Shown: in pieces, positions 29,826 to 40,450 of the stretch
Layout: each line of letters starts with the position of its first letter
Numbering within the stretch: position 1 is the first letter of the stretch
From: Chitinophagaceae bacterium
Lineage (GTDB): Bacteria > Bacteroidota > Bacteroidia > Chitinophagales > Chitinophagaceae
NCBI GenBank assembly: GCA_017856545.1
Contig: JAFMEV010000001.1
Span: 66,231 to 130,230 of the forward strand
Length of the DNA stretch: 64,000 bases
Direction of reading: 5' to 3'
Program-made: the position numbers and the translations under genes
Notes under the pieces: model-generated
What the model saw: only the letters and a program-made list of their open reading frames with translations
Databases searched by the model: none
What the model was told of the DNA's origin: nothing

Positions 29826-30413
29826 ATGAAAAAGTATATTCTTTTTTCATTTTTATTTATTTCATATGCCAGTTTTGGACAAGAACATGTCAATTTTGGT
29901 GTTAAGGTTGGACAAAACTTTACTAAAATAGATAATGTAGTTGCTGATAGAACAAAAGCATCTTTTCATATTGGTGCAATTGCAAATATTCGATTAACGA
30001 ATTTATTAAGCCTTGCGCCTGAAGTTATTTTATCTCAAACAAAATTAGAAGCAGATCCAACATTGATGGATTTAGTGGGTAGTAATAATTTGCAACCAGA
30101 AACCTATCATTTAAATTATCTATCCTTCCCAGTGCTATTACAGGTAAAGCCAACTAATAAATTGGCTATTGAGCTAGGACCTCAATACAGTGTTTTGATG
30201 AGTCAATCCAAGGATGGCAAAGAATTAGCTTCTATGGCTTTTAAATCTGGTGAATTTGCATTTATCGGGGGTGCCAGAATTCAGTTTTCTGGAATTGCAG
30301 CATACGGTAGATATGTAGTGGGTATGCAAGATATCAATGCATTACAAGAACAGCAACATTGGAAAACCAGACAATGGCAATTAGGTATAAGCTTGAACTT
30401 ATTTGGTTTTTAA
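29826..30413 (+). CDS. Outer membrane beta-barrel (porin/PorT-like) protein
   Basis: Signal peptide SFG-Q; FGVKVGQN, LNYLSFPVLLQ, GPQYSVL, GRYVVG; terminal aromatic residue. Confidence 0.7.
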   Translation: MKKYILFSFLFISYASFGQEHVNFGVKVGQNFTKIDNVVADRTKASFHIGAIANIRLTNLLSLAPEVILSQTKLEADPTLMDLVGSNNLQPETYHLNYLSFPVLLQVKPTNKLAIELGPQYSVLMSQSKDGKELASMAFKSGEFAFIGGARIQFSGIAAYGRYVVGMQDINALQEQQHWKTRQWQLGISLNLFGF

Positions 30414-32612
30414 TTGCTTTTTTAAATCAGTAATGGTTGTTGTTATATCTTGGAGTATGGCTTGTTGCTCGAGTATAAAGCTGTTGTTATCAATTTTCCC
30501 AATCACCTTATTCATTTCTTCTTCGTTTTCGTAAACCATTTTTCTATATGGATTTTTGTAATCCTTAGATCTTGTAAATAAAATGCTCTCAGTGATATTG
30601 GTTTTAATAGCCAAGTATTTATCCAATAAATCAACCAGTGTGGTTGTTTTAAAGCTCTCCAATTTTTTTCCGGTGATTAACTCTAAAGCAGCTAAGGCAT
30701 GTGCTGTTTTTTGTTGAGTGTATTTAGAAGAAGCTGTTTGATAAAAATCATGTACTTCATCCCATGAGCTAATTTGATCGTTTTTAATTTGATTCAATAA
30801 ATTTTGAACCGTCTTAGTTTGCATGAGTTGTCCACCAACATTGGTCCATTGCATATCTTTTGCGCCTGATTTTAAGCCATTCACAGCAGCTATGATAGAT
30901 TTATGTTTCTTAGAGCTTAACTCATTCACTAGTGCGTCCATTCCATACATTAAAATCATCTTTTCAAACATATGGTAAGCGTCATACACTTTCACCAATC
31001 TGGTTTTTCGCTTGCTGTTTTCAAATCCTTCGACAAAAATTTCTAAACTATCAATTTCTTTCTTTGTTCTTGTATGCAAGAGTTTCTTTCCTAACTCGAT
31101 AATTGCTTTATCTGAGTTTTGTTGTAATTTTTTGTCTTTAGCAATCGCAGCTTTAGCCACTGCATTGGCTAAAATATCTAAAGAATTGATTAATTCATTC
31201 ACCGAGTCAGGTGCTAAATAATTGTATTCAAAAATAGGTGTCTTGTCAATTCTTTTATCTCTATCAATATATTTCCAGGCATTTCTTGCTAAAGCATAAA
31301 AATTATATAAAAACCAATAGCCTGGCATAATCAATAATTCATCATTCTTTGGGTCATTACTGATTAAAGAGAAGGGTAGAGGTATATTTAATTCATATGC
31401 ATAATCCCCCTTATTCAATAAAGCGAAACTTGCAAAAATGGAATTATGTTTAATGCTTACACATAAACCTGGCCAAAAGCCTCTGCCCATAATCACTTCA
31501 CCATCTGCTCCTCTACTATTATGGTTGGATCCTAATGTTGCACCAGCGGCAATATTGGATTGACCCATTACCAATGCAGCACATAAGAATGAATTATTAT
31601 GATGTTGTTCGTGTGCAGGGAAGATCAAAGAGTTTAACACTTCACAACAAGAGATAGTTGCATTGGTTCCTAAGTAGGAGTTGATTAATCTTGCACCATA
31701 TTTTAATTGTGAATAGTCAGAAAGTACAAATCTTACCGCTTTGATTCCATAGAATACTCTACAACCATATCCAATAATACCATTCACTAATTCACAGCCT
31801 TCTCCAATTTGTGTTTTTGCTTGAGGATCAGAATTAATGGTTACATTCTTTATTTTATTGGCACCTTTCAAATAAGCGTCCGGTCCAATCCAAACATCTT
31901 TGATGATTTTACAATTCTTAATTACTGTTCTATCACCAATCTTACCATAATATCCCAATTTATTATCATAGCGCTTATCAGTTAATTCAATAAACTTCTT
32001 TTGTAAAATATCATCCTGTCTATTTCTGGTCCACAGATAGGCATCAGCAGCTGTCATGCCATTAAAAGGCAATACTTTTCTACCAGTATTCTCATTGCAA
32101 AGCTCCATCCAAATTCTTACATCAGATGATTCTCCTTTTTTAAGTATACCATTTCCAAATTTGGAATGATTGGTAGCAACTATCTCATTTACGTTGGTGA
32201 TAATTACTTCGTTTCCTAAAATATAATGAGATAAATAATTCACATTATGTATAGCAACATTATTGCCAAAATCACAACTAATAATGGTAGAGTTGTAAAT
32301 ACCAACTGGTACAATTAAATCGCTAAAGCATAAACAATGATTTTCTAATTCACCAATTCGTATCAAACCAAAAAAAGCACAATTCTTCACTAGCTCTGGG
32401 TTGAACTTAGAAGATACCAATATCTTTGTCCAATCATCACTTGTATTTCCGTTACGTACAAGAATCTCAATCTCCAATGCAGAAAGACTTCTGTATTGAA
32501 TACCACTTCTGTTTTGCTTATCTCTTAAATAGTATTCGTTCTTACCCTTAGGAGGTTCTGGTATAAACCCATAACCTAGTTGATTGATGGGTAATTTCTT
32601 AATAATGTTCAT
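30399..32612 (-). CDS. DUF4954 family protein (left-handed beta-helix-like)
   Basis: 737 aa; LVRNGNTSDDW, GIYNSTIISC, GARLINS, CCEVLNSLIFPAHEQHHNNSFL, GATLGSNHNSR motifs. Confidence 0.8.
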   Translation of the reverse strand: MNIIKKLPINQLGYGFIPEPPKGKNEYYLRDKQNRSGIQYRSLSALEIEILVRNGNTSDDWTKILVSSKFNPELVKNCAFFGLIRIGELENHCLCFSDLIVPVGIYNSTIISCDFGNNVAIHNVNYLSHYILGNEVIITNVNEIVATNHSKFGNGILKKGESSDVRIWMELCNENTGRKVLPFNGMTAADAYLWTRNRQDDILQKKFIELTDKRYDNKLGYYGKIGDRTVIKNCKIIKDVWIGPDAYLKGANKIKNVTINSDPQAKTQIGEGCELVNGIIGYGCRVFYGIKAVRFVLSDYSQLKYGARLINSYLGTNATISCCEVLNSLIFPAHEQHHNNSFLCAALVMGQSNIAAGATLGSNHNSRGADGEVIMGRGFWPGLCVSIKHNSIFASFALLNKGDYAYELNIPLPFSLISNDPKNDELLIMPGYWFLYNFYALARNAWKYIDRDKRIDKTPIFEYNYLAPDSVNELINSLDILANAVAKAAIAKDKKLQQNSDKAIIELGKKLLHTRTKKEIDSLEIFVEGFENSKRKTRLVKVYDAYHMFEKMILMYGMDALVNELSSKKHKSIIAAVNGLKSGAKDMQWTNVGGQLMQTKTVQNLLNQIKNDQISSWDEVHDFYQTASSKYTQQKTAHALAALELITGKKLESFKTTTLVDLLDKYLAIKTNITESILFTRSKDYKNPYRKMVYENEEEMNKVIGKIDNNSFILEQQAILQDITTTITDLKKQLKTK

Positions 32613-32651
32613 ATACTATTGGATGAATAATTAGCTATAACAAAGATAGGA

Positions 32652-33932
32652 TTACCTGCCTGATTTCGAATTGCTATGTCTTCTTTTTTGACCTCCTTTC
32701 GCACCAAAACCACCAGCATGTTGAGCTGCACGACCTCTGGTATTTTTAGGTTTTCCCCATCCTGCGTCTTTGGAACTCTTGTTGGCATGAAATTGTTGCA
32801 TGGGATAAGGATGTTCTGCAATAACAGGAACTTTCTTTCCAATGAGTTTTTCGATATCTGCTAAATAAGCTTTCTCTTCAAAATCGCAAAAAGACAATGC
32901 GGTACCCGCTGCTCCAGCCCTCCCTGTTCTACCAATTCTATGCACATAGGTTTCTGGAATATTGGGAATGTCAAAATTGATTACATGTGCTAATTCGTCC
33001 ACGTCAATTCCTCTTGCCGCGATATCTGTGGCCACTAAAACTCTGGTGCTTTGTTCTTTAAAATTACTCAATGCTCTTTGTCTAGCATTTTGAGATTTAT
33101 TTCCATGAATAGCTTCTGCAATAATATTATTCTTGGTTAATAATTGGACTACTTTGTCAGCACCATGTTTGGTTCTTGTAAAAACCAATGCTGTTTTAAT
33201 AGCAGGATTTTTTAATACTTCTACCAATAATGCATTTTTATTGACTTTATCAACTAAATAAACTGATTGGTCAATAATTTCAACTGTAGAGGATACAGGC
33301 GTCACCGTTACTTTTTCTGGATGATGCAAAATGCTATTGGCCAATTGCACAATTTCAGGAGGCATGGTTGCAGAGAAAAATAAAGACTGTCTTTTTTTAG
33401 GAAGAACTGCTAATAATTTTCTTACATCATTAACAAAACCCATATCTAACATTCTATCTGCTTCATCCAATACAAATATCTCTACTTCTCTTAAACTGAT
33501 AAAACCTTGGTTCATTAAATCCAATAAACGACCTGGTGTTGCAATCACTACATCTACACCACTCTTTAATGCAGTTACTTGTGGCCCTTGTCCAACGCCA
33601 CCAAAAATCACCGTACAATTTAATTGGGTATGTCTTCCATATGCGTTGAAGCTCTCGGCAATTTGAATAGCCAACTCACGCGTTGGTGTAACGATTAAGC
33701 TCTTGATTCTTTTTCTTTTCTCTACAGGTTTGGCAGAAAGTAATTGTATAATAGGGAGGGTAAAAGCTGCTGTTTTTCCTGTTCCAGTTTGTGCACATCC
33801 TAATAAATCCTTTCCCTCTAATACAATAGGGATGGATTGTTCTTGAATAGGAGTGGGGTTGGTATAGCCTTCTTCGAATAATGCCATTAAAATGGGCTCA
33901 ATCAAACCTAGCTCTTTAAAATTTGTACTCAT
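32652..33932 (-). CDS. rhlE: DEAD-box RNA helicase (RhlE-like)
   Basis: [44 protein letters not shown]; basic Gly-rich tail. Confidence 0.9.
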   Translation of the reverse strand: MSTNFKELGLIEPILMALFEEGYTNPTPIQEQSIPIVLEGKDLLGCAQTGTGKTAAFTLPIIQLLSAKPVEKRKRIKSLIVTPTRELAIQIAESFNAYGRHTQLNCTVIFGGVGQGPQVTALKSGVDVVIATPGRLLDLMNQGFISLREVEIFVLDEADRMLDMGFVNDVRKLLAVLPKKRQSLFFSATMPPEIVQLANSILHHPEKVTVTPVSSTVEIIDQSVYLVDKVNKNALLVEVLKNPAIKTALVFTRTKHGADKVVQLLTKNNIIAEAIHGNKSQNARQRALSNFKEQSTRVLVATDIAARGIDVDELAHVINFDIPNIPETYVHRIGRTGRAGAAGTALSFCDFEEKAYLADIEKLIGKKVPVIAEHPYPMQQFHANKSSKDAGWGKPKNTRGRAAQHAGGFGAKGGQKRRHSNSKSGR

Positions 33933-34098
33933 AATAGACCGCAAGGTACGCAATTTAAATTTGAGCCATAATTAGACTGTTTATCAATACACTGTCTAAA
34001 TTTTATGGAAGCGAAGCATTCAACCATATTAAGGTATTCAACATAAATAATTTGTACTTTTTTATTTATTCCATATCTTATGATATAAATTAAATTGT

Positions 34099-35001
34099 AT
34101 GAAACAGCTATTCGCATTGCTTGTCATTTTCACGTTATTTATTACAAGCTCCATACAGGCTCAGGGGCCAAAAGTTTTGGTTGTTACTGCTCATCCAGAT
34201 GATGAAACAGTATTTTCTGTTACGATGTTTAAAATTACCCACGAACTAAAGGGAGTAGTTGATATGGCTGTGATGACAGATGGAGGTGGAGGTTTTGCAG
34301 ATGCTCAGTTAGGTGCTATGTATTATGGATTGCCCCTAACAGATTCAATTATTGCTCGTACAAATCTTCCAATGATTAGAAAGCAAGAGATACTGAATGC
34401 TGGAAAAGTGATGGGAGTAAGGAATATTTATTTTATGGAACAACCAGATGATTTTTATAGTACGGATATTAAGCCATACATTTCTGGGAAAAACTGGGAT
34501 ATAGAATATGTAGAAAAACGAATGGATAAATTATTGGCTGAACGTCAATATGATTTCATCATTACCATGTTGCCTCATGCTGGACAGCATGGTCATCATA
34601 AGACGGCTACATTGATGGCATTAAGAGCCGTAGGTCGTTTCAATGGTTCAAGTAAACCAATTATTATTGCCGGGACTTCAATAAGTTCAAATGATCAGCA
34701 AAGCGACTTTAATATGTTAGAAGGCTATCCTGAAACAAAGCTTAAGCCCAATGCACCCAAATTTATCCTGAACAGGGCATTTCGTTTCAAGGAAAATGAT
34801 AAAATAAGTTATAAGATTGTTGCAGATTGGGTTATATCAGAATACAAATCACAGGGGGCCATACAAGAAAACGGAATTCATCAAACAGACAAAGAAATCT
34901 ATCATTACTTTGATATGAATGATGCAAATGGTGTTGCAAGGGTTCAAAAATTATTTGATGATCTTGCAAAAAGCGGATTTGCTGCTCCAAAAAATAAGTA
35001 A
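34099..35001 (+). CDS. Secreted PIG-L family deacetylase
   Basis: Signal peptide IQA-Q; AHPDDE metal motif; HGHH. Confidence 0.85.
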   Translation: MKQLFALLVIFTLFITSSIQAQGPKVLVVTAHPDDETVFSVTMFKITHELKGVVDMAVMTDGGGGFADAQLGAMYYGLPLTDSIIARTNLPMIRKQEILNAGKVMGVRNIYFMEQPDDFYSTDIKPYISGKNWDIEYVEKRMDKLLAERQYDFIITMLPHAGQHGHHKTATLMALRAVGRFNGSSKPIIIAGTSISSNDQQSDFNMLEGYPETKLKPNAPKFILNRAFRFKENDKISYKIVADWVISEYKSQGAIQENGIHQTDKEIYHYFDMNDANGVARVQKLFDDLAKSGFAAPKNK

Positions 35002-36840
35002 CTATTCCACGGTAACGGACTTAGCAAGATTTCTTGGCTTATCTACATCAATACCTTTTGCTACTCCAACGTAGTAACTTAATAATTGCAATGGAATAAC
35101 ACTTAAAAGAGGTGCAATCACTTCATCTATCTCAGGCACAAACATGATATCTTCAGACATGGTTGGCAAAACACTGTCTCCAACAGTAGCTACGGCAATG
35201 ACTTGTCCTTTTCTTGCCTTAATTTCTTGAATATTAGAAACTACTTTTTCGTAGTACATATCTTTTGTTGCAACAAATACGACTGGTAATTTTTCATCCA
35301 CCAATGCAATGGGTCCATGCTTCATTTCTGCAGCAGGATAGCCTTCTGCATGGATATAAGTGATCTCTTTTAATTTTAAAGCGCCTTCTAATGCGATTGG
35401 GAAATTGTATCCTCTACCTAAATACAAGAAATCTGAAGCGTCTTTATATTTTTTAGCAATATTTTCAATCACAGAAGTATCTGCTAAAATTTCTTTTACT
35501 TTTTCTGGAACTGAGGCTAATTCGTTCAATAAGTGAATGTATCGATCATCAGAAATACTTCCTTTTGCTTTAGCAATTTTCAATGCCATCATAGTCAATA
35601 CAGCTAATTGTCCTGTAAATGCTTTTGTACTAGCCACGCCTATTTCTGGTCCAGCATGTGTATAAGCTCCAGCATGTGATAGTCTAGCGATACTGCTTCC
35701 TACTGCATTCACTACGCCAAAAATAAAAGCACCTTTTTCTTTTGCACTTTCTAATGCTACTAAGGTATCTGCTGTTTCACCACTTTGAGAAATGGCAATG
35801 ATAACATCGCCTGGATGAATGACAGGATTTCTGTATCTAAATTCAGAAGCGTATTCAACTTCTACTGGGATTCTGCATAATTCTTCAATCATGTATTCTG
35901 CTACCAAGCCAGCATGCCAGCTAGTCCCACAAGCAACTATCATGATTCTAGAAGCTTTGGTTAAAGCTTCTAAATGATTGTCAACTCCCGCCATCACAAT
36001 TTGTTGTTGTTCTTGCAATAATCTTCCTCTTAAACAATCAAAAATAGTTGCTGGTTGTTCAAACACTTCTTTTAGCATAAAATGGTCATAGCCGCCTTTT
36101 TCAATAGCCGCTAATTCCATATCTAATTTTTGTATAAAAGGGGTTTGCTTTTCGTTTCCTAAGTTCTTTAAGATTAATTCATCTTTTTTAACAATCGCTA
36201 TTTCATAATCATTTACATACACTACTTCTTTTGTATACTCAATGATTGGAGATGCGTCACTTGCTAAAAAGTGTTCATCTTTTCCAATACCAATGACTAA
36301 TGGACTTCCTTTTCTTGCAGCGATAATGGTTTCTGGATCTGCTTGGTCAATTAATAAAATACAATAAGCACCCACAATTCTCTTTAACGCAATTCTTAAA
36401 GCTTCTTCTAAACTTCCCTTATTGTTTTCATGAATGTCTTGAATAAAATTCAATAAAACTTCTGTATCGGTATCACTTTTGAATGTATAACCCTTATTGG
36501 TCAATTCAGTTTTGATTTGTGCATAATTCTCAATTATACCATTATGTAACATGGCCAATTGACCGTTATTTGATAAATGAGGATGTGCATTTCTATCAGA
36601 TGGTTCACCATGGGTTGCCCATCTAGTATGTCCAATACAAATATTAGAATGCATATTTTTACCCACCACCGCTTCTTCTAATTCTGCTACTTTTCCTTTT
36701 TTCTTATGTATCTGTAAATCGCCCTCTTGGATAATCGCAACACCTGTACTGTCATAACCACGATATTCTAAACGTTTTAAACCTTTTAATACAATTGGAT
36801 ACGCTTCTCTATGACCAATATAACCTACAATTCCACACAT
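35002..36840 (-). CDS. glmS: Glutamine--fructose-6-phosphate transaminase
   Basis: MCGIVG, LEYRGYDS, GHTRWATHG, SQSGETAD, EMKHGPIAL, PRNLAKSVTVE; TATTTTTG box at 36876-36883. Confidence 0.98.
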   Translation of the reverse strand: MCGIVGYIGHREAYPIVLKGLKRLEYRGYDSTGVAIIQEGDLQIHKKKGKVAELEEAVVGKNMHSNICIGHTRWATHGEPSDRNAHPHLSNNGQLAMLHNGIIENYAQIKTELTNKGYTFKSDTDTEVLLNFIQDIHENNKGSLEEALRIALKRIVGAYCILLIDQADPETIIAARKGSPLVIGIGKDEHFLASDASPIIEYTKEVVYVNDYEIAIVKKDELILKNLGNEKQTPFIQKLDMELAAIEKGGYDHFMLKEVFEQPATIFDCLRGRLLQEQQQIVMAGVDNHLEALTKASRIMIVACGTSWHAGLVAEYMIEELCRIPVEVEYASEFRYRNPVIHPGDVIIAISQSGETADTLVALESAKEKGAFIFGVVNAVGSSIARLSHAGAYTHAGPEIGVASTKAFTGQLAVLTMMALKIAKAKGSISDDRYIHLLNELASVPEKVKEILADTSVIENIAKKYKDASDFLYLGRGYNFPIALEGALKLKEITYIHAEGYPAAEMKHGPIALVDEKLPVVFVATKDMYYEKVVSNIQEIKARKGQVIAVATVGDSVLPTMSEDIMFVPEIDEVIAPLLSVIPLQLLSYYVGVAKGIDVDKPRNLAKSVTVE

Positions 36841-36902
36841 ATTTTGATAATTTGAGTATTAATCTATAATTTAAGCAAAAATAAACATTAATATTTTAAT
36901 GT

Positions 36903-37511
36903 ATGTTAGGTTTGAAATCTTTTGATCCACAAGAAGACTATATTTTAGAAGATGAACGCGTTTTATTGAGACCCGTAAAGGAAGATGATTGGAGTAATTT
37001 TGCCAATTTGCCAGAATCATCTCCTGAAATTTGGCAATATTCTTTGATGGCTATCCAAAAAACAGAAGATTTAAAAGCCTATTTTCAAGAAGCAATGATT
37101 CATAGAAAGAACGGGAATAGCTATGCATTCATTGTATTTGATAAATTAACACAATCCTTTGTAGGCTGTACAAGATTTTACGATATACAATTAAAATACC
37201 AAAGTACTCAGCTGGGGTATACTTGGTACAAAACATCTGTATGGGGTTCAGGCTTAAATGCGCATTGTAAATATTTACTTCTTCAACTCGCCTTTGAGCA
37301 ATTGGGTTTTGAAAGAGTAGAATTTAGGGCAGACAATGATAATAAAAGAAGTATTGCAGCAATGCAAAAAATTGGCTGTACCATTGAAGGAATTTTGAGA
37401 AGTCATTTACCAAAGCCCAATGGAGAAAGAAGAGACTCCATCGTATTGAGCATCTTGAAAAAAGAATGGCAAGAAAAAATTAAAGAAGATTTATTGCTTC
37501 AATTAAAGTAA
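36903..37511 (+). CDS. GNAT family N-acetyltransferase (RimJ/RimL-like)
   Basis: VGCTRF, QLGYTW, GSGLNAHCKYLLL..AFE.LGFERVEF, N.RS..A..KIG...EGILR. Confidence 0.88.
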   Translation: MLGLKSFDPQEDYILEDERVLLRPVKEDDWSNFANLPESSPEIWQYSLMAIQKTEDLKAYFQEAMIHRKNGNSYAFIVFDKLTQSFVGCTRFYDIQLKYQSTQLGYTWYKTSVWGSGLNAHCKYLLLQLAFEQLGFERVEFRADNDNKRSIAAMQKIGCTIEGILRSHLPKPNGERRDSIVLSILKKEWQEKIKEDLLLQLK

Positions 37512-38906
37512 GGTTCCTTGTAAGAAATAGAAGGCCAGTCCGAAATAGATTAAAATAGCAGTTACGTCTACCAATGTAGCAACAAATGGAGCAGAAGAGA
37601 CTGCAGGGTCAGCGCCTAATCTTTTTAATAACATAGGAAGCATTGATCCAGTGATGGTTCCCCAAATCACTACCCCCACTAAAGTGAAACCTATCGTAAT
37701 GGCAATCAACATCCAATGTTCACCATAAAATCCAGGAACAATCATATGCCAAACAGCCACTCTAAAAAATCCAATAATTCCTAATACAATTCCTAATAAT
37801 AATCCACTCAAAATCTCTCTTCTTAAAATGCGCCACCAGTCTTCAATGGTGATTTCACCCACAGACATGGCTTGAATAATTAAAGTAGAAGCTTGTGAAC
37901 CTGTATTTCCACCACTTGATAAAATCAAAGGAATAAAAGTAGCAAGCACCAAAACTTTTGATAATTCACCTTCGAAATAACCCATTGCAGTGGCTGTTAA
38001 CATCTCACCTAAAAATAAAACCACTAACCAAGTGATACGCTTTTTGAATAAATTAAAAATAGAAATATCCAAATAGGGTTCATTCAATGCTTCGGTACCT
38101 CCCATTTTCTGCATATCCTCTGAGAACTCTTCGTTAGCAACCCATAAGATATCATCAATGGTTACGATACCTAATAATATATCATTGTCATCCACTACAG
38201 GAATGGCCGTTCTATTATTCATTTTGAATACCTGACTGGCTTGTTCTTGGTCGTCGTAAACATTTAAAGCAACGTATCTTCCATCTATGATTTCACCAAC
38301 AATATCTTCGGGTTTTGCCAATAGCAAATCTCTGATTCTAATATCATCAATCAAATGGCCCAGTTCATCAATAATATAAATTACATCAATGGTCTCTGAG
38401 TTCTTACCGTATTTACGAATATTATCCAACACCTGTGCTACAGAATAATGAGGGTGAACATATACATAATCTGGTGTCATCAAACGGCCCACACTATCCT
38501 CAGGATAACCTAATAAAGAAAGGGTAATTTTTCTTTCTTCTGGATCCAATAATTTAATTAAATCTCTTATCGCTGCTTTTGGTAATTCTTCTAAAAAGTC
38601 TGTTCTATCATCTGGAGGAAGTTCATTCAATATTTTTGCTGTTTTACGAGCAGGTAATTCTTTGATGATATCCTTTTGTTGATTGATGTCTAAAATTTTG
38701 AAAACACTTACCGCTCTGTGCACGGTCATATGATCAATGATATTGGCTTCTTGTTCTGGGAATTCATTCACCAGTTCTACCACATCACTAATATTCTGCT
38801 CGTCCAAGAATTCCTTCAATAGACGGCTGTCATTCTTGGATAATATCTCCGAGAATACTTCTGATAAGTTTATTTCATCCTTTTCTATTTCTACTACTTC
38901 AGACAT
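37503..38906 (-). CDS. mgtE: Magnesium transporter MgtE
   Basis: YPEDSVGRLMT, CBS pair, GIVTIDD, SGGNTGSQAS, DPAVSSAPFVATLVDV. Confidence 0.96.
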   Translation of the reverse strand: MSEVVEIEKDEINLSEVFSEILSKNDSRLLKEFLDEQNISDVVELVNEFPEQEANIIDHMTVHRAVSVFKILDINQQKDIIKELPARKTAKILNELPPDDRTDFLEELPKAAIRDLIKLLDPEERKITLSLLGYPEDSVGRLMTPDYVYVHPHYSVAQVLDNIRKYGKNSETIDVIYIIDELGHLIDDIRIRDLLLAKPEDIVGEIIDGRYVALNVYDDQEQASQVFKMNNRTAIPVVDDNDILLGIVTIDDILWVANEEFSEDMQKMGGTEALNEPYLDISIFNLFKKRITWLVVLFLGEMLTATAMGYFEGELSKVLVLATFIPLILSSGGNTGSQASTLIIQAMSVGEITIEDWWRILRREILSGLLLGIVLGIIGFFRVAVWHMIVPGFYGEHWMLIAITIGFTLVGVVIWGTITGSMLPMLLKRLGADPAVSSAPFVATLVDVTAILIYFGLAFYFLQGTLL

Positions 38907-38951
38907 GGCTGCAAGTTAATAAAAATCCCAGGGATGCCCTATATTTATGGC

Positions 38952-39338
38952 ATGATTCTTCCATTCTTAACAATCGCTTCATCTTCCAATAGAGGTAGGG
39001 GCGTATTTACCACTGAAAAAATTGAAAAAGGCACTATCATTGAAATTGCTCCTGTGATTGTTTTGAATCCTGAAGAAAGGGCCCATGTAGAGAAGACCTT
39101 ATTATATGATTATATATTTGAATGGGGTACTGATCATCAAAGCGCAGCAGTGGCATTGGGGTATGTTTCTATTTATAATCATATTGCAGATCCAAACTGT
39201 GCATATCAAATGGATTTTGAAGAACAAACTATTACTATTACAACCATCAAAGATATTTTGATAGGGGAGGAATTGTTGATAAACTATATGAATCCAGAAG
39301 GGGCTTCAGATAAATCTGTTTGGTTTGATACTTTTTAA
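38952..39338 (+). CDS. Stand-alone SET-domain protein (alternative start 38934)
   Basis: RGRGVFT, YNHIADPNC (NHS..PN-like), KDI..GEEL.INY. Confidence 0.85.
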   Translation: MILPFLTIASSSNRGRGVFTTEKIEKGTIIEIAPVIVLNPEERAHVEKTLLYDYIFEWGTDHQSAAVALGYVSIYNHIADPNCAYQMDFEEQTITITTIKDILIGEELLINYMNPEGASDKSVWFDTF

Positions 39339-40447
39339 AAAAGTACTAAGCAAACTGGCATCGAAACTTTAATTTGATGACCTGTGTCTACTAAATCTCC
39401 ATTAGTAGGATTGATTTTAAATACGATGATATTATCTGAATCTTGGTTGGCAACCAATAACCATTTTCCATCTTTACTAATGGTAAAATTTCTTGGCTTT
39501 ACTCCTTTGGATGAAAAGTAGTTATTTTTCTCTGCGTTAATTAATCCGTTTTCGAGTAATGGTAATTTGACAATATTGTTTTCGTTTCCTCTATTAGAAA
39601 CGTATAAATATTTTTCGTCTGGTGAAAGATGCATATCTGCACTACTTGCTTGTCCAGTAAAATTAGTTGGATGTGTAGAAACGGTTTGTAGTTTCTTGCT
39701 CATTCCTTTTTGAATTTGATAAACTGAAACAGTTCCTGTTAATTCTTCAATTACATAAATCAGTTTTCCATTTTTCGAAAAGCTCATATGTCTTGGTCCA
39801 GCGCCAGGATTGGCATTTAAAACAATTTGTTTCTCTACTTGTAATACAGGATTTGCATTCACTTTATAAGGATATGCAGTTATTTGATCCATACCTAAGT
39901 CTGGCGTAAATAAGTAATTCCCCTCTTGATTAAAAAATGCGCCATGCACATGCGCTTTTTCTTGTCTTTCTTTATTAATGCTAGATCCTTTGTGCTGAAT
40001 GATTAATCTTGCATTAGAGATTCTTCCGTCTGCAAATCTGTAAAATTGTGCAATGTTTCCTCCTGAGTAGTTGGCTACAAATATGTTTTTTTGATCGGGA
40101 CTTATAGAAATATAACAAGGATGTGCACCTTTACTTTCAATTTTTTGTAAAGCTTTTAATGAATTATTTTTAAAACTAAAACTAGTAACGCCTCCCTCTA
40201 CATCTTCATTTACAGCGTATACATTTTGTTTGTCTTTTGTAATAGCTAAAAAGGAGGGATTGGATACATTGTTCGTATGGCTCAATTCAATTGCTTTGCC
40301 AGTAGCGGTATCAAAATGGTATACATAAATACCTTTACTGCCTTTTTGAGTGTACGTACCAATCAATAAATTAGCCTCTTGTGCATAACAATTCAGTGAA
40401 ATCAGTATTGCGCAACCAAAGAATATTTTTTGATATAAGCTTTGCAT
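39335..40447 (-). CDS. Secreted lactonase (6-phosphogluconolactonase/cycloisomerase beta-propeller)
   Basis: Signal peptide CYA-Q; GTYT, NPSFLA, PCYIS, VANYSGG, HVH, PDLGMD, GPRHM, SNRG, PRNF. Confidence 0.88.
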   Translation of the reverse strand: MQSLYQKIFFGCAILISLNCYAQEANLLIGTYTQKGSKGIYVYHFDTATGKAIELSHTNNVSNPSFLAITKDKQNVYAVNEDVEGGVTSFSFKNNSLKALQKIESKGAHPCYISISPDQKNIFVANYSGGNIAQFYRFADGRISNARLIIQHKGSSINKERQEKAHVHGAFFNQEGNYLFTPDLGMDQITAYPYKVNANPVLQVEKQIVLNANPGAGPRHMSFSKNGKLIYVIEELTGTVSVYQIQKGMSKKLQTVSTHPTNFTGQASSADMHLSPDEKYLYVSNRGNENNIVKLPLLENGLINAEKNNYFSSKGVKPRNFTISKDGKWLLVANQDSDNIIVFKINPTNGDLVDTGHQIKVSMPVCLVLF

Positions 40448-40450
40448 ATT

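Noticed and set aside
32609-32842. 77-aa minus-strand ORF bridging rhlE and DUF4954
   Set aside because: Alternative frame almost entirely within rhlE, with no recognisable motif; a programmed frameshift is not needed because both genes are complete
36841-36902. glmS ribozyme upstream of glmS
   Set aside because: The -7 box is only ~35 nt from the ATG, too short for the ribozyme, and no conserved core is visible
36903-37511. GNAT divergent from glmS as a glucosamine-6-phosphate acetyltransferase
   Set aside because: Motifs are of the RimJ/RimL type rather than GNA1-like; adjacency alone is insufficient
38907-38951. M-box or other Mg2+ riboswitch upstream of mgtE
   Set aside because: The intergenic region is under 50 nt and the promoter box is 4 nt from the start codon
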